The notes under the pieces were generated by a model. That model saw nothing but the letters and a program-made list of their open reading frames with translations. It had not been told where the DNA came from and ran no database searches. From positions 310,001 to 374,000 of the forward strand of contig MU057880.1 in the NCBI GenBank assembly GCA_013265495.1: a stretch of DNA of 64,000 nucleotides. Reading direction: 5' to 3'. The position numbers were made by a program, and so were the translations under genes. This document shows, in pieces, positions 26,790-39,245 of this stretch. Positions within the stretch are counted from its first letter, which is position 1. Every line of letters begins with the position of its first letter. The stretch comes from Vicugna vicugna (lineage: Eukaryota).

Positions 26790-27612
26790 GGGGTTGGGTG
26801 GTGGGGAGGAGACACTTTATCTCTTTAGTTTTACAGGGCTACAGGTTGAAGGGATGGGTACTTGAAAGGCTGTATTTAAGGAGCTATTCTTGATGATGAA
26901 TCCCGTCCACACCTGGACCTAATTTGATAAGAATCTGGACTTTAAGCTGATACTATATAATGAGATGAAACTCTGGGAGGTGTTGGGAGTGAATATATTT
27001 GTATGCACAATGGACATGAATTACTGGGATCCAAATGATGAACTACAGAAGACAGTTCCCAAGGCGGCTCCCAATGGTGTTTGTCTTCTGGTATTCAAGC
27101 TCTAGTTTAATTTACTCCACTTAGGGTGGGCTGGATTTACTGACTCTGGAAGACTGTCACAGAAGGTTTATGATGACATTAGGTTATAAGAAGACAGAGA
27201 ACCGGGGCTCCCAACTTTCATGTTCTCCCTTGCTCTCCCTTGCTCATTCTAAAGTAAACCAGCTACCATGTTATGAATTGCCTGATGGAGAGATTCAAAT
27301 GGTAAAGAATGGAGGGAGGTCTCCAGCCAACATCCAGAAATGAAATAAGACTCCCAGTCCAACAGCCTGCAAAACTAGATTTTCCCAAGAACCACCTGAA
27401 TGAGCTTGGAATTGGTTCCTCTCCCAGATGAGTCTTGGGATGAAACCACAGCCCCAGCCAATGGCTTGAAGGCAACTTCATAAGAGACCTTGATCAAGAG
27501 GTACCCAGCTTAGCTCCACGTACACTCCTGACTCAGAGAAACTGTGAAAATAAACAGTTGTTGCTTCCAAGGATTGAGGTAACTTGCTACACAGTAAAAT
27601 ATAACCAGCATG
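26790..27612 (+). mobile_element. MLT1 internal 3' remnant plus MLT1F-like LTR (LTR ~27045-27612)
   Basis: MaLR-int end (cacacctggacctaatttgat..ggactttaagctgat) followed by LTR motifs ccatgttatgaattgcc ... ctcctgactcagagaaactgtgaaaataaa. Confidence 0.7.
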
Positions 27613-28824
27613 CCTCTCTAAAGAGTTGCAATATAATTAATTTCCTTAAATAATGTTTAAAATTAAAAATAATCTAGAAATGACATTATTGACTCATTAC
27701 TTAGAAATATGTAAGAAAAAAAGTTGAAAGTGGTTGCCTCTGTATCTCAGGACTAGGGAGCAGGAAGGGGTGGGGCGAGGACTGCTGCTTTTCATTAAAC
27801 TCTTTGACTTTCAAAAGTTTGCCTCACACTTCTAAAAGTCTCTTCCAGAAAAATCCCTCCTCCGGGGCTTCTGAAGAGCCAGGGCTTCATTTTAAGATCT
27901 CAAAATTGCATAGCATTGTGTAGTATTAGGCAGCATTTCAAATGCATTACCCCTGTAATGCTCTCATTTCCCTCAATAGAAGATGAGAATAGCGCCGATT
28001 TTGACATTGTCCTGAAAGAAGAAAAGAAGGACTTGCCGACAGAAGCATTCCGTAACTCTGGGATGAGCAGTCAATTCATAAAATGTCAAATATTAAAATT
28101 ATCTGAGCAGCCCGACACAATGAATTTGCAAAGAGAAAAAGACAGAACGTGTGAGAAAAACTCAAGAAAGGCATTCATAAACTAAAACTTAGAAAAATAA
28201 TAATAAATCAGTGTAATTTGACATTGAACTGATAAGATCTTGCTTAATTTAACTTCTTTCATTAAAAAGTCACGTGGCTTTCTTTGTTTTTTTCCTTCTG
28301 AACAATAGGTTACATCTATAACCATGTCAAAGACAGAGAAATCAAGAGAAATGGCAAGGCTCCGAGGAGCGGGTAAAATGCTAGGATTTGAAGGACTGGG
28401 GTGTAATCACCACCACTGACCTTGAAGTGCGTGAACTCACTTTAGTGACTTAAAAACCATCCTTGGAGTAAAAATGAAAATAATCGTGCACTTCATAAGG
28501 GCTGTGTTGAGACCAACAAATAAAATGGATCATAAAGCATTTATGAAAATAGAACCAAAAGGCTTGGAACTATGCTGTACTAACAACATGTTGGTGTCCT
28601 CATTTAAACCCTAGAAATTAAAAAACCTTGACTAACGACCTAAAAGCATAGAGATGGGGGGAAAAAATGGCTGACAGTTTCCAAAGCAAATTCCTCTCCT
28701 TGAAAGAAGGGTCAAAGGTTTACCACTCAAATATAATTAAAATGAAAAACAAAAGAAGTCTCCCAGACTGAAGTATGGCAAGTAATGAAAATAAAAATGC
28801 CACTCACCCACCACCCCTGCGATT

Positions 28825-28995
28825 TGTTGAGGGACTGCTATGTGCCAAGCACCGTACCGAGCAATTTACTTCCACTCTTTATTTACTCATCACAGCATTC
28901 CCACCAGCCGGGTGTATTTATACCTATGTTATAAAAGGAACTTAATAATAAGCAGGTCACACAGAAAGCAGTTGAGCTGGTATTCAAATAAGGAC
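28825..28995 (-). mobile_element. MIR SINE
   Basis: ttgttgagggactgctatgtgccaagcac ... tttactcatcacagca ... ggtcacacag. Confidence 0.6.
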
Positions 28996-29974
28996 CCACT
29001 GGAATGTAAAATCTGGTAGACAAGAAACAGAACATTGGGAATATAACTGCCCTGAAAAGATGTTTTTTGCTTTAATGAAGAGGAAGATTGCAAGTTCTTT
29101 GTTGGGAAACATACTAAACACCCATCCACTGTCCCCCATCCTGGGCTCTGCTGGGCGGCTTAGGCAAACATTTCCTGTCTCAAGCGCCACCCTACCTCAG
29201 CCAGCCCGCAGGACCAAGAACAGCCAAGCATCCTGAAACCCGTCCTCAATTTTTTTTTAATTGTCTAATTTCTCCAGCCTACAGTACATACAAAGAATTG
29301 AAGTAATGGGAGTACAATAGTCCAAACGTATATTGCAGGCTTTTCAAGGTAGGATAGAAACAATATACTTTTTTTAGCTACAATTACAGATCTATAAGCC
29401 TGTTCTTGAAATGTATTCTAATGGCTAGGGATTCATATTTAAAATGTTATCACCCCTACAGACAATTCCAACTTAGAACAAATTCTATTTCAAAGATTCA
29501 TTTGAAACTCAAAAAAAAAGAAAAATTTCCCATTAAGGCAATGCTATGCCTGGTGGTCACTGCTCCAAGGCTAGTCCACAGAAGCCTCATACTAAATAAG
29601 AGATATCACAGAAAATAAATCACCTTTTATAATGAGATTTCTGTGATAAAAACAGCATCTTAAAAGAAGTGACGTAATGGCTTAGAAACTATAGGAACAG
29701 AGATGCCTTTTCTGATACGTGGTAAGAAAGATAGGTAGGGTGAAGTTTAGGCGAAACCCTCTCCTCGTCCCCGTTTTATCCTGCCCTTACCCTTACAGGC
29801 ATGGCTAGTTTATATGGCTGCACTCAGGGTTCCCTTTAGCACTTCCTGTGGCCTTCTATTGGCATTTAGCTCAGTGTTTTAATACCTTATTTAAGTGTCT
29901 GCCGTTTTATGCATTCTGTCCCTGGCATCTTCCTAAAGCATCACGTGCATTAAACATATACTCGATAAAGGAAT

Positions 29975-30554
29975 GACATCAGCCTTAGGAACTCATTACC
30001 CTGTGGAACTGCTCCCCCAAAAGGGAAAGTCCTCAATTCTTGTCTCTCCTGAAAGAGAAGAAATAGACAGGAGACAAAGAGTCATGTAGTCAAGATTTTA
30101 AGGGTTTTATTAGCAAAGGGAAAGTGCCCCTCCAAGAAGGGGAGGCGGGCTGATCCAAGGGCGGGTAGCAGTGGTCTTTGTTTGCCCCCCTCTTCTCTCC
30201 CCTCACTTACAGGGGGTCTCTTGATTGAGGGCTCTTGCCCCAGGAGTGCTCGGTCATGCTGGTCCCCCTTTGAGCATGTCCTTACCCATGATGCACACAA
30301 AAAACCCACAGGGGAGAGGAAGCCTAAACCACAATGCCAACTATATTACAATGAGCACTGGGTCACGTCCAGTTTGGTCCTTGTCGCTGCCTCACAGTTG
30401 CAGCCATCTGGTCCCAACCAGTTTCTTGCTGTCACTCATTTAGAGGAAGTAAAGCCCCTTTATGCTGGAGACAGGCACAACGCCATCTTCCAGACCCTCC
30501 TCCCTCTCCTGCACCTTGTCTGCCTGGTGCCCCCACTTACCTAACTACCTAACA
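29975..30554 (-). mobile_element. Solo LTR (~580 bp)
   Basis: Minus strand starts tgttaggtagttagg and has AATAAA near its 3' end (ttttatt at ~30105); gaat(gac) repeated at both ends (29971 / 30555); left boundary approximate. Confidence 0.7.
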
Positions 30555-31004
30555 GAATGACCCGGTTCTCCTGGCACCTTTAAAAATGGCACCTAGAAAT
30601 TCAATGTCTTCCATAGAATGAAAAGTTGAAAACTGACAAAGCAAAACACTTTTTCAAAACAACGTACTAACCTGAATTTTCTACAAGCCTGTCTGCTTCT
30701 GCTGAGTCTATGCCCAGCAGCCAGAGGACCCATGGGACTCACAGCTCTGTTTCTCCACCTGCCAAGACAGTAACAGGGTTAAAACAGGGCAGCCCTAGAA
30801 ACGCACAGTTAAGATTCTTCACAATGAACTGTCTTCCTGGTGGAACTGCACACGCAGAAGTTTTACCAGCCCCCTACCCCACTATGACAGTACATGCCAC
30901 ATGCATGCTTTATTCCCTTCAAGACAAGTGAAGTGATAAGTGGTTTTAGGTCCAAGTGAAACCTTCAAAGGACAATCTGCAAACTCCACCACATATTACC
31001 ACAT

Positions 31005-31314
31005 TCACAATGTTCTGTTAGTTTCGGGTGTACAGAATGGTGATTCAGTTATACATACATATATTCTTTTCCATTGTAGGCTATTATGAGATATGGAAGG
31101 CAATTCCCTGTGCTATACAGTAGGTCCTTGTTGTTTATCTATTTTATAGACAATAGTTTGTATCTGTTAATCCTAAACTCCCAATTTATCCCTCCCCTTC
31201 TTCCCCTCTGGTAACCATAAGTTTATTTTCTATGTCTGTGAGCCTCCTACTGTTTTGTAAATAACTTCATGTTGTATCATTTTTAGCCAAGACATGGAAG
31301 CAACCTAAATGTCC
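31005..31314 (-). mobile_element. L1 3'UTR fragment with short inverted ORF2 segment (copy 1)
   Basis: Reverse L1 3'UTR at 31005-31284 abuts sense tagccaagacatggaagcaacctaaatgtcc (31284-31314). Confidence 0.85.
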
Positions 31315-33305
31315 TTCCCAATTTCTGTTGCAATTCTTCAGAAAAGGGGAAGGGAGCATCTGTCTTTCTCCTGCGTGGCTCTGGCTTAGAGTTCATTGTG
31401 AGTTCCATTAGTCGGGTTAAAGGGATCATTTCACTAGATCCTTCACACTGCTTCAGTTACCGACTCCTTCTCTACCTGACATACCAACAAACTGAAGATG
31501 GGGCATAGGTCAGACATCTACTGAAGTGTGGAGAGAGATGGAGCGGCTATGTTACCCCACTGCCCAGCAAACTAAGTTAAAAATGCATAAAAATCCACAT
31601 CGCAAATCCCCTTTGATTACGCCCACTAGCCGTGCTCACTACTCATGTAAAATCTTAGCTTCCTCATCTTGTCCAGTCCCTGGCAATCTCCCAATTCTTG
31701 TTTTATTGATAAAGGCAGTTTAGTTCTTTTTCTCATTCTTATGCCTTCCAAGCCCTTCCCCTGAAGCTTATCTTTTCCTTACAGCTAAACGGTTCCTCTA
31801 TTTCAAAGGGACATTCTGCCGCTTCCTGAGGTGGCTACAGTCTGCTAGGATCTTAAATAACAGATTGCTTCTCCTATGCACAGAGATGGAGCGGGTGTGA
31901 TGGTCAAGTCTTTAGGGGTTTCCCGTCTCAAGAGGCTCCCATCCTCTGTAAGAACCTCCACCCACATGGGAATGGTGGGCGGGGCTATGCCTGTCCACTG
32001 AGCGTCTTCCCTGTCCCCACCCTAACTGGTAGAGCCTCCTGGGAACACAGATGGAAGCTGGAGGGACTGGGATCAGGAATTAGATACAGAACCTGAATCC
32101 AGAGAGAGCCTTGTGAATGCCAGCCGTCAGAGAGAGGAGCAGTGTGCTCCTGCTCAAAGGTCCCTCCGGGCTCTGGTTCCGTCCTGCTAGGGCTACGCTG
32201 GTCTGCTCCGGTCTGTGTTGAGTGGATACTCCAACGTCCTTTATTGCTTTAAACTAGGTAGTGTTCATTTTTATTGCTTTTTCCTAAGATACCTTTGATG
32301 AATAACACCTTCAGACAACCCACCCAGAAAACCACACAAATTCTCAGGACAAGACAAACAGCAATTTTTTTTTTAAGAAAATTCAGGTCAGCCTGTGTCC
32401 TCTGATCAAAGAGATAGTCAGCCATGATTGCGAGAAAATGAAATGAGCCTGAAATCTATCGAGATGCGTTCATTTTACAGAACAATCCAAGACATCTCAT
32501 TACATGTGATACTGAAATTACCAATGTCAGGGGCTTCCAGCTACTTCTAGGGGAGTCAATAATTCCCCTCAGGAAAAGTGCAGAATTAAAATGGTCATTA
32601 CAGTACAGCAAAGCAAGGTCTAGGAACACCTACCTCCACCATAACATTAGTTAAAAGATTTGGGGTGGGGGGGGAGATATCTAAAAGTTATTTTTTCTAA
32701 GTTTCCTTGGCTCCCCAAAATCTGTCATTTCCAGGAAGAGACTAAGAAACAGCGCTCTTCAGACTCCAACCTATTACAGAGATGAAACCAGCTGTGTACA
32801 CAAGGCTGTTTCCTCTGTTAATCAAGTTATCATACCTTCTATGCCCTTGAATTTCAAAGGGAAACTTACAAATAATCTGATCTTAACATTTAAAACATGT
32901 AGTCTCCTTCTGCCCGCCAGACGGTAATGAGCAGTCTGAAGTCACTCAGGCTGGATTTCCTTTTCCTAATTGCCCAAAAATTAAATAAAAAACTCCCAAC
33001 ATCCCTTCTGCTGCTCCCTGAAAACAGGATAAAATACAGTAAATTCTAATAAGCCAAAAAGCGTGAAGTTTTCCACCTCGCTCCTCAACACCACATTTAC
33101 ATTCCCTTCCAAACGGCGCTGACTTCTCTGCCTCTTTATCTCCACAGAAATCAGATCACTATAGCTCAAATTCATGTAGCAGAGAGAATTTTCTTCTATT
33201 AGAAAAAAAGATTGTCTTCCATTTTGCAGCAAGGAGCTTTTTGTTTTATTTCCTTAATGCAAGATTGGGGGGCAAATCTGCAAACTCCACCACATATTAC
33301 CACAT

Positions 33306-33615
33306 TCACAATGTTCTGTTAGTTTCGGGTGTACAGAATGGTGATTCAGTTATACATACATATATTCTTTTCCATTGTAGGCTATTATGAGATATGGAAG
33401 GCAATTCCCTGTGCTATACAGTAGGTCCTTGTTGTTTATCTATTTTATAGACAATAGTTTGTATCTGTTAATCCTAAACTCCCAATTTATCCCTCCCCTT
33501 CTTCCCCTCTGGTAACCATAAGTTTATTTTCTATGTCTGTGAGCCTCCTACTGTTTTGTAAATAACTTCATGTTGTATCATTTTTAGCCAAGACATGGAA
33601 GCAACCTAAATGTCC
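33306..33615 (-). mobile_element. L1 3'UTR fragment with inverted segment (copy 2, within the duplication)
   Basis: Identical to 31005-31314 at offset 2301. Confidence 0.85.
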
Positions 33616-36286
33616 TTCCCAATTTCTGTTGCAATTCTTCAGAAAAGGGGAAGGGAGCATCTGTCTTTCTCCTGCGTGGCTCTGGCTTAGAGTTCATTGT
33701 GAGTTCCATTAGTCGGGTTAAAGGGATCATTTCACTAGATCCTTCACACTGCTTCAGTTACCGACTCCTTCTCTACCTGACATACCAACAAACTGAAGAT
33801 GGGGCATAGGTCAGACATCTACTGAAGTGTGGAGAGAGATGGAGCGGCTATGTTACCCCACTGCCCAGCAAACTAAGTTAAAAATGCATAAAAATCCACA
33901 TCGCAAATCCCCTTTGATTACGCCCACTAGCCGTGCTCACTACTCATGTAAAATCTTAGCTTCCTCATCTTGTCCAGTCCCTGGCAATCTCCCAATTCTT
34001 GTTTTATTGATAAAGGCAGTTTAGTTCTTTTTCTCATTCTTATGCCTTCCAAGCCCTTCCCCTGAAGCTTATCTTTTCCTTACAGCTAAACGGTTCCTCT
34101 ATTTCAAAGGGACATTCTGCCGCTTCCTGAGGTGGCTACAGTCTGCTAGGATCTTAAATAACAGATTGCTTCTCCTATGCACAGAGATGGAGCGGGTGTG
34201 ATGGTCAAGTCTTTAGGGGTTTCCCGTCTCAAGAGGCTCCCATCCTCTGTAAGAACCTCCACCCACATGGGAATGGTGGGCGGGGCTATGCCTGTCCACT
34301 GAGCGTCTTCCCTGTCCCCACCCTAACTGGTAGAGCCTCCTGGGAACACAGATGGAAGCTGGAGGGACTGGGATCAGGAATTAGATACAGAACCTGAATC
34401 CAGAGAGAGCCTTGTGAATGCCAGCCGTCAGAGAGAGGAGCAGTGTGCTCCTGCTCAAAGGTCCCTCCGGGCTCTGGTTCCGTCCTGCTAGGGCTACGCT
34501 GGTCTGCTCCGGTCTGTGTTGAGTGGATACTCCAACGTCCTTTATTGCTTTAAACTAGGTAGTGTTCATTTTTATTGCTTTTTCCTAAGATACCTTTGAT
34601 GAATAACACCTTCAGACAACCCACCCAGAAAACCACACAAATTCTCAGGACAAGACAAACAGCAATTTTTTTTTTAAGAAAATTCAGGTCAGCCTGTGTC
34701 CTCTGATCAAAGAGATAGTCAGCCATGATTGCGAGAAAATGAAATGAGCCTGAAATCTATCGAGATGCGTTCATTTTACAGAACAATCCAAGACATCTCA
34801 TTACATGTGATACTGAAATTACCAATGTCAGGGGCTTCCAGCTACTTCTAGGGGAGTCAATAATTCCCCTCAGGAAAAGTGCAGAATTAAAATGGTCATT
34901 ACAGTACAGCAAAGCAAGGTCTAGGAACACCTACCTCCACCATAACATTAGTTAAAAGATTTGGGGTGGGGGGGGAGATATCTAAAAGTTATTTTTTCTA
35001 AGTTTCCTTGGCTCCCCAAAATCTGTCATTTCCAGGAAGAGACTAAGAAACAGCGCTCTTCAGACTCCAACCTATTACAGAGATGAAACCAGCTGTGTAC
35101 ACAAGGCTGTTTCCTCTGTTAATCAAGTTATCATACCTTCTATGCCCTTGAATTTCAAAGGGAAACTTACAAATAATCTGATCTTAACATTTAAAACATG
35201 TAGTCTCCTTCTGCCCGCCAGACGGTAATGAGCAGTCTGAAGTCACTCAGGCTGGATTTCCTTTTCCTAATTGCCCAAAAATTAAATAAAAAACTCCCAA
35301 CATCCCTTCTGCTGCTCCCTGAAAACAGGATAAAATACAGTAAATTCTAATAAGCCAAAAAGCGTGAAGTTTTCCACCTCGCTCCTCAACACCACATTTA
35401 CATTCCCTTCCAAACGGCGCTGACTTCTCTGCCTCTTTATCTCCACAGAAATCAGATCACTATAGCTCAAATTCATGTAGCAGAGAGAATTTTCTTCTAT
35501 TAGAAAAAAAGATTGTCTTCCATTTTGCAGCAAGGAGCTTTTTGTTTTATTTCCTTAATGCAAGAGTGGGGAGCAGGGGTTGGGGGGAGGGGCGGCTTGA
35601 ATTACAGGACTATTTAAGCCATATTATTTAATTTCAGACTTGCTCCTTTACAGCCTATTACCTCAGCTGCCATCTCTCTTCCCTTTCCCTCATTTTCTGT
35701 TGGAAATTGATCTCATTGTTCTTGTCTGAAGAAAAAGACCCAGGCTCGGGGCATTTCAGTTGGCTTTGGTTCAAGAATAAAGGATCCCTTTTAAAGTGAA
35801 AATCATGGTTTTTGCCAATTCAAATCACATTACTCATTTCCCTCTCAGACCAGGCAGAAAAGCCAGCGGCTACACCCAGCAGGATCTGTGCTCACCAGCT
35901 AAGAGGTCTGGCCATCTGCCACTTCACGGACGGTCCTTGACTGTGTGACCTGTGGGTCAATGAGGAGACCCCAGAATCCTCCTCGGAGGGTCTTCAATTG
36001 GCAGCAACAGGCAAAGCACCATGCACTTCTGTGACTTTTGCGCTTGCCTTTAGTTTCTGCATCACCATTAGTCACCTAAATAGAATATTGTTATTTGTCA
36101 CCAATTTGTAGGGGAAGATGGACACTCGAGCTTATTCAGAAAGTAAGGTATTCCAAGCAGTTCAGGAGATGTAGTCTCTCTGGTGCACTGTTTCTGGAAT
36201 GCCTGCTGGAGAACTGTGCACACCTGGAATAGTGCTCCTGCAGAGCTCCCTTCCTTCCTCTAATAATGATCCACTTCTTTCATCCC

Positions 36287-36774
36287 CTTAGTAGGGAAGG
36301 ACAAATCTGACTCCATGTTAGACCTGTTCCTTTAGCTCCAACCCTGTGCTGAGTCACAGTGGTTCTGCACCTTTTGTAAAAGAATGTTGCCTGGAGCCTG
36401 AAATAGACAGGAGAGCCCATCCTCAAGGCTCTAGTCTTTAAGGATGTAACATTTTCCCATTCATACAGAGATAAAAAGTTACAGAACAGAGAATAGTATT
36501 CGTCTTGTTGGAGGTATATATCGTGAGCTGACCTATGTGGACAGCTGCAAGAACAAAGAAGTTTGCAAGAACCAACCACACCCCCTCCTCTTTTTTTTAG
36601 TATAAAAAGGATCTGAATTCTGATTTGGGGAAGATGGTTCTCTGGGACACGAGTCCCCCATCTTCTTAGTCTGCTGGCTTTCTGAATAAAGTCATTAGTC
36701 CTTGCCCCGACACCTCCTCTCCCAATTCATTGGCCTGTCCGTTGGCAAGCAGAACGAGTCTGAACTTGGCGACA
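36287..36774 (+). mobile_element. Solo LTR, family A copy 3
   Basis: Reverse complement of the 12030/21830 copies; TATA (tataaaaa at 36601), AATAAA (~36685), ends ggcgaca; TSD not resolved. Confidence 0.9.
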
Positions 36775-36914
36775 CCACTCCCCCACAATAAGACTAATCT
36801 CGCCCCACAGTCCTCCTCGCATTAGCAACCAGAGACTCCTCATGTTTTGATTTCTGTGCTCTACGCAGGTAGTGAACTAGCTAGAATTCAGAGAAGTAAA
36901 ATATGATCATTTCA

Positions 36915-37066
36915 GGGAGGAGAGTAGAGCTCAGTGGTAAAGCGTGTGCTTAGTGGGCACAAGGTCCTGGGTTCAATCCCCAGCACTTCCATTAAAATAT
37001 ATATATATGTAAATAAACCTAATTACCTCCCCCCCCCACCAAAAAAAAAAACCAACAACTACAACA
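36915..37066 (+). mobile_element. tRNA-Ala-derived camelid SINE
   Basis: agctcagtggtaaagcgtgtgcttag...ggttcaatccccagcac, tail aattacctccccc, flanking repeat atatgatcatttca / atctggtcatttca. Confidence 0.88.
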
Positions 37067-37091
37067 AAAGATCTGGTCATTTCAAATAACA

Positions 37092-37215
37092 TCATGTAAA
37101 GCAAATGTGGTAAAATAATAGCAACTGGGGGATCTCAGCGATAAGCACACGGGAGGCTGTTCTTCCATTCTCACAACTTTTCTCTACATGTGAAATTCTT
37201 TCAAAATAAAATGTT
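37092..37215 (+). mobile_element. Old L1 (L1MC/ME-like) 3' terminal fragment
   Basis: aaagcaaatgtggtaaaat ... caacttttctctacatgtgaaattctttcaaaataaaa. Confidence 0.6.
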
Positions 37216-38409
37216 ACCCAAAAAAATAGCATCCTCTTCTGAGTATAGGAGAAAATTTTGAACTCACCATAGTCTAAGAGTTGGTATTTGTAGAGGTCGT
37301 CAGAACCATAGAACAGCACAGGAAAAGAAAAATGTTCAGAAAAATCACCCCTGAGTTAAAGATGGAAGCAGATTCAAGGTTTATTATAGAAATTTATTCC
37401 CTGCTTGAGTTTATGAGTCCAGGTTCAAGGCAACCGGCCCAGGAAGAAGTTCGGATTGTGGGTCTCCAGGCTTCTCCAGACCATCGTTTATCTGCAAACG
37501 AAACACCCAAGAGGCTCCTCAATCTTTACATCAGCACCAGGCCAGCACAACCAAGGACAAATTAAAACGCAGTGAGCATAAAACGTGGCCTTGAGACAGA
37601 TTAAAATGAGCAACGTATTCGCCCACGTCAAGCTGAGATGGCAACGTTTAATTAATAAAGATAATGATCCCTTATCAACACAGAATTATGCTCAAAGACG
37701 GATGTGTGGGGAGGCAGGCAGGGGGGTGAAAGGAAGCAGCATTCTGTTCCTGGGTTATGTGACACTACAGGTGACCCAGGTGGCTCTGCAGTGCATCGCC
37801 TTTGGGACAGAAAGAGATCAGCATCACAGTCACGAAACAGCAAACAAGCTTATAGTTGCTACGCATTACACAACATGGAGCTGGCGTGAGTGAAACTTCC
37901 TCCCTTCAATATTCAAGCTTCGTCTCCGTTCAAATCGCCAATTCTTTCTGAAGTTTTTCTAGATTGAACAGATATGCTAAGCACCCGGCACAGGTGCAAG
38001 AGAGAGACTGACTATTTTTTTAAATGGCAATTGGCCCCTCTGGGACATGTACGGATTTGCTGTCTCACATTTTGGCTTTCAAGGCAGAGCCTTCTGGGGA
38101 AATGTTACCGAATAGAAAATATTTGACACAATTCAGGAGTTCATTTTCAGCCTGCCCCTAGGGTAAATATCACCTAAACCTCAAAAATGCGAACCCATGA
38201 ACATAGAAAAAATATATATACAAGTTGCTACACGTCTCCTCTTAGCTATACCTGAAAAATAATTGGTGAAGTAATGAATAATTTTTGTTACCACAGTCAG
38301 TTCATCTAATGGATTAAATAACCAATGTCTGCAAAGAAAAACAAATGCCGCCAAACAGATTAATTAACCATGTATCAAACTCATGGCTTCAGGAGAGGGT
38401 CGCTGTAAC

Positions 38410-38655
38410 TCAGTAACTAAGGCACAACTCTGGAGCCAGGTGCCTGGGTTGGAATTCTGCCTCTGCTGTCTCCTGGCTGTGCAACATTGGGCAAGTCACT
38501 TAACAGCTCTGTGCCTCCATGCCTTCCTCACATTAAATAGCAACAATAACAGTACATGGTTCATTTGGTTATTGTAAGATTAATGAGTCTAAATTACATA
38601 AAGCCCTGGGAACCCTGCCCAGCACATACTGAGTGTTATATAATTATTGGCCATT
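38410..38655 (+). mobile_element. MIR SINE
   Basis: ctctggagccaggtgcctgggttggaatt ... ttgggcaagtcacttaac ... attaatgagtctaa ... cagcacatactgagtg. Confidence 0.8.
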
Positions 38656-38859
38656 GTGAGTAGAATCTTAAAAGTAAACTTTCTCACTTAAATGATTAGG
38701 TGATGGGACTAAAACCATTCAAAGGTTCACTTGTTTAGGACTATGGAGAACTGGATTGAAGTCCTTCCATCCTTACACCCACATGATCTGAAACAAGCCA
38801 ACCCCTTCCTTGGAGATAAATAGGTAACAAACATGAATGATAACTGCTACTCATGAGAC

Positions 38860-39245
38860 ACGAAGGCAAGCTGTAAGAGGGAAAACTGGTAGAGGGGAAA
38901 ATGATTTAGGAGGTTGTCTGAAGACAATGCAAATGAGACGTGAGCATACTAGGGGCAGTCCAGGTGGTGAGAAGCATTGGGATTCAGATTTGGAGGATTT
39001 GTTGCTGAGAGAACAGAAAGAGCAGGAAAAGAGGGCAATCGAAGATATTGCTTCTGTGTTTGGCCTGAGCAGCCAGAGGGCCGGTCCTGCCTTTAAGGAA
39101 GATGGGAGAGTCTGGGAACGAAGCAGCTTCGGGGGAGGAGAAATCAAAAGTTTAGTTCTGAACATGCTCATTTGAAAGTTCCAATTCTCAGTATTCAAGC
39201 AGAGACTCAGGCAAGGAATTGGATACATCAATCTGAAAATCACGG
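38860..39245 (-). mobile_element. L2 fragment
   Basis: Purine-rich reverse L2 (ggtggtgagaag ... tttggcctgagcagc ... aaatcaaaagtttagttctgaacatg). Confidence 0.65.

Larger units (their letters stand above)
30974..35575 (+). repeat. Head-to-tail tandem duplication, 2 x 2301 bp
   Basis: Constant offset of 2301 (identical ORFs 31526/33827 and 32981/35282; T10 and G8 runs identical); only two mismatches seen, both in the last 10 bp of the unit. Confidence 0.97.

Noticed and set aside
31526..35533. Repeated 65-aa and 83-aa ORFs as a duplicated gene pair
   Set aside because: They are identical only because of the DNA duplication; non-ATG starts and no coding features.
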